Part shown: positions 57,172 through 64,000 of the stretch, in pieces
How the letters are laid out: the number at the start of each line of letters is the position of its first letter
How positions within the stretch are numbered: position 1 is the stretch's first letter
From: Actinobacteria bacterium UBA4426
GTDB taxonomy: Bacteria; Actinomycetota; Actinomycetes; S36-B12
Length of the DNA stretch: 64,000 nt
Assembly (NCBI GenBank): GCA_002390705.1
Contig: DGQA01000005.1
Coordinates: 162,791-226,790, forward strand
Direction: 5' to 3'
Program-made: the position numbers and the translations under genes
The notes under the pieces: generated by a model
What the model was told of the DNA's origin: nothing
Databases searched by the model: none
Seen by the model: only the letters and a program-made list of their open reading frames with translations

Positions 57172-57941
57172 CCAACAGAGGTGAGACTGTGTTAACGGAA
57201 TCAGTCGACGGGATTCTGATCATCACCATTAACCGCCCACAGGCGAGAAACTCCATCAACACAGCCACGGCGGAGGCCATCGGCCTCGCTTTAGACGAAC
57301 TTGACAATAACGCCGAACTCACCGCAGGCATTATCACTGGTGCTGGGGGCTTCTTTTGTGCAGGAATGGATTTAAAAGCTTTTTTAGCCGGCGAGAAGCC
57401 CTCTATCCCGGTCCGTGGTTTTGCGGGCATAGTCGAAAAGCCCAGTGAGAAACCGCTGATAGCTGCCGTTGAAGGGTACGCGTTGGCCGGAGGCTTCGAA
57501 ATAGCGCTTGCTTGCGACGTCATCGTCGCTTCTCGAGAGGCCAAGTTCGGCCTTCCGGAAGTCACCCGCGGCTTGGTTGCTGCCGGGGGAGGCCTGATGC
57601 GCCTCCCCCAACGAGTGCCCTACCACTTAGCAATGGAGTGGGCATTAACCGGTGGCCTGATTGACGCCGAAGAGGCGTACCGCGCCTCGCTAGTTACACA
57701 CTTGACCAACCCAGGAGCTGCGCTCGACAAGGCACTAGAAATTGCTACGCGCATTGTGGCTAATGGACCGATGGCGGTGCGAGCAACTAAAAAAATTATT
57801 GTGCAATCCCAAGATTGGACCTTAGAAGAGAGTTTCCAGCGCCAGCGAGAGATAAGCGAACCTGTACGGGAATCTGACGATGCTAAGGAGGGTGCACAAG
57901 CTTTTACACAGAAGCGCGTTCCTGTGTGGCAAGGAAAATGA
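57168..57941 (+). CDS. enoyl-CoA hydratase
   Basis: Crotonase pattern (FFCAGMDLK, EGYALAGGFEIALACD). GTGA overlap with the SDR gene. Confidence 0.85.
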   Translation: MTNRGETVLTESVDGILIITINRPQARNSINTATAEAIGLALDELDNNAELTAGIITGAGGFFCAGMDLKAFLAGEKPSIPVRGFAGIVEKPSEKPLIAAVEGYALAGGFEIALACDVIVASREAKFGLPEVTRGLVAAGGGLMRLPQRVPYHLAMEWALTGGLIDAEEAYRASLVTHLTNPGAALDKALEIATRIVANGPMAVRATKKIIVQSQDWTLEESFQRQREISEPVRESDDAKEGAQAFTQKRVPVWQGK

Positions 57942-57955
57942 TGGCTCTGGCTACA

Positions 57956-58732
57956 TCACTGTGGGTCCGGGAAAGACGGCTTGCGCTTATCCAAAAAAGC
58001 GTTTGCCCCTTCAACCATGTCCGGGCTGCCGACGGCTTGAATGAGCATCCCTAGTCCCGAGCTAAAAGAGTCACGCGCGGCGTTCCACCACAAATTGGAA
58101 CTTACCTTCGTGATTTCCAAATAGCGGGCGCTCAATTGTGAAAGTTCTTGCACCCATTCATCTACTGTGTCGTCAAGTGCATCGTCGTCTACGACAGCAT
58201 TAACTAGGCCCATGTCCAATGCTTGTTGGGCACTGTAGCGACGACAGAGCATGGACAATTCTTTTGCTTTTTTCTCGCCGATTTGAATACCCATGACGTT
58301 GGTCGCACCAGTAACAGGTGCGCTTCCCACCCTAGGTCCCGTTTGCCCGAAGGTCGCCGACTTTGACGCAATGGCTAAATCGCATGCCACTATCAGTTCG
58401 TTTCCACCGCCAGCGGCAGCACCATTAACCGCTGCAATAACCGGGCGAGGGCATCGTCGGATGGCGTCAAATAGTCGCAGGGATCCCTCGTACATGTAAC
58501 GCATTTCGCGTTCGGTCGGATGTGCGAGAGAGGTGAGGGACCCTCCCGCGCAAAAACTACCAGACGATCCCGTGATGACGACAGCGCGTGAGGCCGTAGC
58601 TCCGTCAATTGCGTTTACAATTTCCAATGCCATTTCTGGGTCAAATGCATTCCGACGCTCAGGACGATTTAATCGTATCCAAGTGGCAGATTTTCGTTCT
58701 GTGACGATAACATCCATCTGAAGCTCCTTCAC
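57956..58732 (-). CDS. enoyl-CoA hydratase/isomerase family protein
   Basis: Crotonase pattern (SFCAGGSL, NGAAAGGGNELIVACD). Confidence 0.8.
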   Translation of the reverse strand: MKELQMDVIVTERKSATWIRLNRPERRNAFDPEMALEIVNAIDGATASRAVVITGSSGSFCAGGSLTSLAHPTEREMRYMYEGSLRLFDAIRRCPRPVIAAVNGAAAGGGNELIVACDLAIASKSATFGQTGPRVGSAPVTGATNVMGIQIGEKKAKELSMLCRRYSAQQALDMGLVNAVVDDDALDDTVDEWVQELSQLSARYLEITKVSSNLWWNAARDSFSSGLGMLIQAVGSPDMVEGANAFLDKRKPSFPDPQ

Positions 58733-59015
58733 GATTTGCAGTGGTTACATTTGGTCATCGGGTATGTGCCTTCCTCGCGCAAGTGATCTCGCACAGATGC
58801 CGCCTGAACATACTCACACACAGCAGCGTGATTAAATCTCCGCTACGCTTATCAATTCCCAGAGGCTACCGCAGTCGAGTCTCAGGTAGGTACGAGGTTC
58901 CACAGAGAATGATTTTTGCCCATCCGCACCCCGCGCGCCGAACCCCGACGGCGAAATGGTGCAGATTGCAACAACACAAAGTAGCAATATCAACCATCAA
59001 AAATGGTAGTATTCA

Positions 59016-59025
59016 TTGCTAGCAA
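59016..59025. promoter_or_regulatory. 10-bp palindrome ttgctagcaa in the divergent promoter region (candidate FadR/GntR operator)
   Basis: Perfect palindrome read in the sequence, about 45 nt upstream of the regulator start. The operator role is inference. Confidence 0.25.
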
Positions 59026-59069
59026 TTAGCTATTAGAGAGTTTGACCGAGTTTTCGAGAAAGAGTTGAT

Positions 59070-59840
59070 GTGACAGCATTTGAGGAGCGATGGGCGTCTT
59101 TACCGTCCGCTGCCCCCCGAGCACCCAAAGCAGCCATGCTCATAGCGCAAACCATCGTGAGAGAGATCACCGCAACACACATGAAGGTGGGGGACCGCCT
59201 ACCCCCAGAGAAATCAATGTTAGAGCGATATCAGACTGGCAGAGGAACTCTCCGCGAGGCGCTCCGTTTTCTTGAATTTCAAGGTGTCCTTACTCTCAAG
59301 CCTGGTCCCGGCGGTGGGCCGATATTACTCAAGCCCGATGCGGGAAATCTGTCAAGCACGCTGGTTCTTCTCATGCAAATGAATCAAGCCCCGTTCAAGG
59401 AAATCGTTCAAGTGCGCTCTGCTATTGAACCAATGATCAGCATGCTGGCCGCAGAGGTTATGACCGATACTCAATTAGGTTATCTAGAAGATTCAATTAT
59501 TCAGATGCGAGACAATATCGAAAGTCAAGAAGTGTTTCTCGAGGCGAACAAGCAATTTCATGACATTATTGCGTGGTCCTCGGGCAACGTCCTCTTCGGT
59601 TACTTAGTTGATTCTTTGCTTGGCATAATGGACGGCACCATCGTCGGTATCGACTACCCACCGCACAGGCGCGAGGCTATCGCCAATGCCCATCAGGAAA
59701 TCTTTGAAGCGTTTGCGGCAAAGGATGCGGATGCGGCTCGGTCACGCATGCAGTCGCACATGAGTGCATACGAAGATTACGTGACAAAGAAATTTCCGAA
59801 TGTGTTAAGTGAAGTGGTTCCTTGGCGCACTTTCGGATAA
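59070..59840 (+). CDS. GntR family transcriptional regulator, FadR subfamily (FCD domain)
   Basis: wHTH LPPEKSMLERYQTGRGTLREALRFLEFQGVL plus a helical C-terminal FCD-like domain. GTG start. Confidence 0.8.
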   Translation: MTAFEERWASLPSAAPRAPKAAMLIAQTIVREITATHMKVGDRLPPEKSMLERYQTGRGTLREALRFLEFQGVLTLKPGPGGGPILLKPDAGNLSSTLVLLMQMNQAPFKEIVQVRSAIEPMISMLAAEVMTDTQLGYLEDSIIQMRDNIESQEVFLEANKQFHDIIAWSSGNVLFGYLVDSLLGIMDGTIVGIDYPPHRREAIANAHQEIFEAFAAKDADAARSRMQSHMSAYEDYVTKKFPNVLSEVVPWRTFG

Positions 59841-59843
59841 TGT

Positions 59844-61124
59844 TTAATTTTGCTGATTCAGTTTCCTATCTTCTGTACCGGTGACATTAGTTGGCGAGAG
59901 TTTTCGGCCCGGTCTAAACACAGGAACAATTGCTAAAGTTGCGATCCCAACGAGTAGTACGACCAAGTAGCCGGCCGTAAACCCATTAGTCACGTCGAAG
60001 AGTAACCCCAAAATCAACGGACCTGACGCACCGAAGGTGTATGCCACGAGCATCGTCATAGCTCCAAGTCGAGCGGCCTCGCGTTGAGATGTCGTGTAAT
60101 CAACCATCAGGACTAGCCCTAGGGCAAATCCACCGCCCAGTCCAACGCCAAAGAGCACAAGCGAAACCACCGCTAATTGCTGTGGCGCAACGACCAATCC
60201 GGCGATCCCGAGACACTCAGCACCAATAGAAATCCCCAACATTGGCCTCCGATCTGCCGTGAAGTCAGTGATCACCGGCAAGGTAAGCATGGCGCCAAGG
60301 TGCGCGATTTGGAAGATAATGAACAAAGAAGCGGCTTTTTCGGGGGTTTCACCAATTTCCACATAAAGTGGAATGATCCAAGCAAGGCCACTGAATCCCA
60401 CAATACTTACTCCCGTGTAAAAAAGGACTACCCACCAAGCCGTCCGGGATTTCCACGGTAAGTTTTCTAGGCTCGCCGGCTCGACTTCGTTATTTGCATT
60501 TTGTAACTCCCTAAGAAGGCGCGTTCTCATGACTGCCCAGGCAACTGCGGTAAGAGCCGCAAACGCCCCCCACACGGCCAGCGCCGGTCTCCAACCGCCG
60601 AGCAGGTCACTCGACGGCACCGCGAGACCCGCGGCGAGCGCGACTCCAATAGCCAAACTGGCGGAGTAGATCCCTGTTGTTGTCCCCCTAATTTTCGGTG
60701 CGTGATGCCGAATAAGTCCAGGAACCAAAGCTGAACCAGCCCCCATCGCAGCACCGGTTACCACAATAGACGTAACCATAAGAGCCGTACTCGTGGCTGC
60801 CAGACGCATTAACCCACCCAGCGCCAGAGTGGCCAAAATAAACACGGTTGTGAGTTCAGCCCCCCTTCGAGCGGCCACACGTTGCCCGATGGGTGCGCAG
60901 ATACCCATACAAATAACTGCGATCGAAGTGAGAAGCCCCTCCATCGTTGCGTTAAGATTTAGGTCTGCTGATATTTCGTTCAACAACGGTGGGATGGCGC
61001 CAAGTGTTGCTCGCAGATTGAGGCCGATGACGGCCATCATTAACACTATTACCCAAGTCGGTGGGGGCGGCCTATCCCGCGGTAGTGGCGCTGTTGCGTG
61101 CTGACGTTTTTCCAACATCAACAC
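59844..61124 (-). CDS. MFS transporter (CynX/NimT-like)
   Basis: About 12 TM segments. N-terminal GLNLRATLGAIPPLLNEI resembles the CynX group. Confidence 0.7.
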   Translation of the reverse strand: MLMLEKRQHATAPLPRDRPPPPTWVIVLMMAVIGLNLRATLGAIPPLLNEISADLNLNATMEGLLTSIAVICMGICAPIGQRVAARRGAELTTVFILATLALGGLMRLAATSTALMVTSIVVTGAAMGAGSALVPGLIRHHAPKIRGTTTGIYSASLAIGVALAAGLAVPSSDLLGGWRPALAVWGAFAALTAVAWAVMRTRLLRELQNANNEVEPASLENLPWKSRTAWWVVLFYTGVSIVGFSGLAWIIPLYVEIGETPEKAASLFIIFQIAHLGAMLTLPVITDFTADRRPMLGISIGAECLGIAGLVVAPQQLAVVSLVLFGVGLGGGFALGLVLMVDYTTSQREAARLGAMTMLVAYTFGASGPLILGLLFDVTNGFTAGYLVVLLVGIATLAIVPVFRPGRKLSPTNVTGTEDRKLNQQN

Positions 61125-61130
61125 CTGATT

Positions 61131-61853
61131 CTAATCGTCAGTGAGTGCCGCATCCCCCAGAAAAGCACGGACGAGCTCGGGATTCTTACGAGCACCTTCG
61201 GCGGAACCTTGGTAGACAACCTCACCACGCGAGACCACTACTACATCGTTAGCAATCTCCAGCCCAGCTTCGGCATTCTGTTCAACCATCAGTACTGCTT
61301 TTCCTGAATCGGCGATGCCTCGGGCACTCTCTAGAACGCTGTCCACGATGGCTGGGGCCAAACCCATTGAAGGCTCGTCCATCAGAATTGTCTCCGCTTG
61401 TGACATCAGTGCCCGACCAAATGCCAGCATCTGTTGCTCACCACCACTCAACAACCCTGAAACACCCGATCTGCGTTCGTGTAAAATCGGAAACATTTCG
61501 TAGACTTCCGCCATTGTCCGATCGTTGTCTTGTCGAGAGGCCGTGTAACCACCAAGACGGAGATTGTCCTCAACTGTGAGTGGAGCAAAGACGCGGCGTC
61601 CCTCTGGAACCATTGCGACTCCCAGTCGCACAATCCGGCTGGGAGACAGCCCCAATATGTTTTGCCCGTTTAACGTGACTGATCCGCTCACCGCGCGCTG
61701 CAGGCCACAAATTGTGCGCAGTGTTGTCGTTTTTCCCGCGCCATTCGCTCCCAGAACGAGAGTAATTTGCCCTGGGGTCGCTGTCAGCCGCATGTCGCTC
61801 ACAGCCTGAACTGGTCCATAGCGCACCACGAGATCTGTAACTTCAAGCATCAT
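61131..61853 (-). CDS. livF: branched-chain amino acid-type ABC transporter ATP-binding protein (LivF-like)
   Basis: GANGAGKTT and LSGGEQQML motifs. Starts at 61862, 61853 and 61850 are all possible; all three overlap or abut the livG 3' end. Confidence 0.8.
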   Translation of the reverse strand: MMLEVTDLVVRYGPVQAVSDMRLTATPGQITLVLGANGAGKTTTLRTICGLQRAVSGSVTLNGQNILGLSPSRIVRLGVAMVPEGRRVFAPLTVEDNLRLGGYTASRQDNDRTMAEVYEMFPILHERRSGVSGLLSGGEQQMLAFGRALMSQAETILMDEPSMGLAPAIVDSVLESARGIADSGKAVLMVEQNAEAGLEIANDVVVVSRGEVVYQGSAEGARKNPELVRAFLGDAALTDD

Positions 61854-62616
61854 GCCTCCCATGCTTACCCAGATACGCTTCTTGAACGGCGGCGTCTCGC
61901 ACGACAACTGGTGGCGTGCCCTCTGCAATAAGTGAGCCAAAGTTCATTGCGTACAAATAATCGCACGTCTCTACCATCATGCCCACATCATGCTCAACAA
62001 TTAATTGCGTCAAGCCTTCCGACCGCAAACTCCGCATTAAAGCGCTGATATCAGTGCGTTCTTTTCGGCTCATTCCGGCGGTCGGCTCGTCGAGAAAAAG
62101 AAGCCGCGGCTGCACAGCGATAGCGCGCGCGATCTCTACCCGCCTCTGCATTCCGTAGGAAAGTTCATCAGGTCTTGCTTTTTCTAGACCTTCAAGTCCC
62201 GTGCGAGCGATGGCTTCCTTGACTAGCCCTTCCACCTTGTCACCCTGCCGCTTAAAAACAACATCCGTGGACAAAATGATGTTGTCCCAGACGGTTCGTT
62301 CGGGTAAAAGACGCACGGTTTGGAATGTGCGCGAGATTCCCAACGTAATGACGCGATCGGATTTGACTTGAGAGTAATTCTGGCCTTGGCACCAGACTGA
62401 CCCACGCGTGAGTTGGACCATGCGTGTCAGTGCCCCAAGCAAGGTTGTCTTCCCGGATCCATTTGGACCCAGGATCCCGGAAATATTTCCTGGACGCAGA
62501 CCCAGCGAGACCCCATCCACAGCTTTAATGCCACCATAATGAACGGCCACGCCCCGGGCTTCCGCCACGGGCTCGTAGTCGTACGTCGGCGCCTTAGTTG
62601 CTTCACTTGTTTCCAC
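61843..62616 (-). CDS. livG: branched-chain amino acid-type ABC transporter ATP-binding protein (LivG-like)
   Basis: GPNGSGKTT and LSYGMQRRVEIARA motifs, with a LivG-type C-terminus. Confidence 0.8.
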   Translation of the reverse strand: METSEATKAPTYDYEPVAEARGVAVHYGGIKAVDGVSLGLRPGNISGILGPNGSGKTTLLGALTRMVQLTRGSVWCQGQNYSQVKSDRVITLGISRTFQTVRLLPERTVWDNIILSTDVVFKRQGDKVEGLVKEAIARTGLEGLEKARPDELSYGMQRRVEIARAIAVQPRLLFLDEPTAGMSRKERTDISALMRSLRSEGLTQLIVEHDVGMMVETCDYLYAMNFGSLIAEGTPPVVVRDAAVQEAYLGKHGRHDA

Positions 62617-62618
62617 GG

Positions 62619-63551
62619 CTAACCGTCCTTTCCTGACCGAGACTGAGTGAGCTCTGCATCTGACTCTCCTGCAGCGGCCTCAAGGAGTGCGACTTTGGGC
62701 CTTTCACGAGCGACTGAGCGTCGGTGGCGCCAGTCGTTGAATACTCCTACCACTCCCCCGGGAACCAGTACTGCCGCAAAAACCACCAAGGTTCCGTAAA
62801 CCACTTCCTCCCACTCACCTACGAATACAAGAATCTCGGGCAGCCAGACAAAGAACAACGAACCGGCTAGCGCCCCGATCCACGACGCTTGTCCGCCAAT
62901 GATGATGATCGTCAAAGCAAGAACAACGAGGGTGAAGTTGACGCTTTCCGGGTTAATCGCCGTTTTGAGGTTCACCGCCAGCGCACCGGCAAGTCCCCCG
63001 ATAAGTCCACTTATGGGGAAGGAAAGTCGTCGATACGCAGTTACATTGATCCCCATGGCTGACGCTAATTGCGAGTCTTCCCGGGTAGCATCGATCCGTC
63101 GGGAAAGTTTGCCTCTTTCGGTGAAAGACACCAAGAAAATAATGACAACGGCGATTCCGGCGGTGTGCCAGATGGTGATGTCACCAATTACTCCGAATAA
63201 TCCAACGGCCCCACCAGTAACTGAGCCACCATTGACCGCAATCGCGGACAAAAGAAGTGAGAAAGACACTGTCGCCATGGCTAAGTACAAGCCATTAAGG
63301 CGAGAAATTATGAGTCCAAGCAGTGTTGCTACAACTGCTGCAGCCATACTGGCCACAACCACCGAGGTCCATGTGGACACGTCATATTGGGTCATCAAGA
63401 TGGCAGTCCCATAACCGCCGATCGCGTAATAGCCGATGGAAGCAAACGAAATCACTCCAAGGCGCAGCGGTATTTGGATACTGATCGCTAACAGGAAGAC
63501 AGTTAATGTGCTGCCGATCAAGAACTCGTTTTGGTCTATCCAACCCATCAT
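62619..63551 (-). CDS. livM: branched-chain amino acid-type ABC transporter permease (LivM-like)
   Basis: 310-aa multi-TM protein. Position and pattern fit LivM. Confidence 0.75.
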   Translation of the reverse strand: MMGWIDQNEFLIGSTLTVFLLAISIQIPLRLGVISFASIGYYAIGGYGTAILMTQYDVSTWTSVVVASMAAAVVATLLGLIISRLNGLYLAMATVSFSLLLSAIAVNGGSVTGGAVGLFGVIGDITIWHTAGIAVVIIFLVSFTERGKLSRRIDATREDSQLASAMGINVTAYRRLSFPISGLIGGLAGALAVNLKTAINPESVNFTLVVLALTIIIIGGQASWIGALAGSLFFVWLPEILVFVGEWEEVVYGTLVVFAAVLVPGGVVGVFNDWRHRRSVARERPKVALLEAAAGESDAELTQSRSGKDG

Positions 63552-64000
63552 GTTCGGCGCACCTCCTTTTTACCTAAGATGCCTTGAGGTCGTATGAGGA
63601 GAATGAGGAACAATAAACCGAACGAAACCGCCGTTACCCACGAACCATTCGTATAGAGAAGGACGGCAAACTCAGCGAAGGCCAGGATGAACGAGCCTAA
63701 GATAACGCCGAAAATGCTCCCCACGCCACCGAGAATGATTATCGCGAAAGCCTTCAGGAGCAGCGTGTCGCCTGACTCGGAAGTGATGGAGTTAAAGTAG
63801 TAAGTAAGAAGTGCCCCTGCCAGCCCCGCAAGCGCGCCTGAATAAAGCATTGTGGCAAGGGCCAGCTTTGGGCGGTCGATTCCCATCATGGCCGAGACTT
63901 CGGGATCGACTCCTAGGGCTCGAAGTGCGAGCCCCTTCTTCGAGTTTCGGATCCATAGAGCAGTGCCTACCCCGAGGCCCAGACCCACGATCAGGATAAT
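63548..64000 (-). CDS. livH: branched-chain amino acid-type ABC transporter permease (LivH-like), C-terminal part; 5' end outside window
   Basis: The frame stays open to nt 64000. Pattern LLKAFAIIILGGVGSIFG. A 4-nt overlap with livM. Confidence 0.75.
   Translation of the reverse strand: MILIVGLGLGVGTALWIRNSKKGLALRALGVDPEVSAMMGIDRPKLALATMLYSGALAGLAGALLTYYFNSITSESGDTLLLKAFAIIILGGVGSIFGVILGSFILAFAEFAVLLYTNGSWVTAVSFGLLFLILLIRPQGILGKKEVRRT

Noticed and set aside
1-64000. CRISPR arrays, IS elements/transposases, integrases, prophage or defence-system genes, tRNA/rRNA genes
   Set aside because: I saw no regularly spaced repeats, no DDE/tyrosine-recombinase-like ORFs, no T-arm (GGTTCGAATCC-like) contexts with cloverleaf potential and no rRNA signatures on reading through. 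The only tandem repeats are the short ones reported at 15401-15435 and 37431-37474. A tRNAscan/Infernal run would be needed for certainty.

Overview
This is a 64-kb, densely coding chromosomal segment with about 70 credible CDS. It reads like an Actinomycetota-type genome: a Pmt-type mannosyltransferase, LLM/F420-type oxidoreductases, a type III PKS, many FadE/EchA/FadA paralogues, and frequent 1-17 nt start/stop overlaps. I recognised no rRNA, tRNA, CRISPR array, transposase or integrase. All calls come from reading translations and motifs by eye; no database search or computation was possible. Several start codons were moved inward from the ORF-track maxima, and the evidence fields say where.

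Left third: envelope and glycan genes (pmt fragment, M23 peptidase, NeuB-like synthase plus GT4). An AI-2E transporter is followed 20 nt later by a heliorhodopsin at 7165-7920, which is the stand-out feature. Also here are a phosphotransferase+ACAD pair, modABC headed by an HTH-TOBE regulator, cspA, and ACR3-arsC.

Middle: small oxidoreductases and unknown-function genes, three secreted proteins, and a Brp/Blh beta-carotene dioxygenase that could supply retinal. Mannose/rhamnose genes are flanked by gene remnants. A type III PKS - ICMT-like methyltransferase - FAD oxidoreductase - UbiA prenyltransferase cluster follows.

Right third (40.5 kb to the edge): a large acyl-CoA catabolic island with a FadR/GntR regulator, an MFS transporter and a Liv-type ABC importer.
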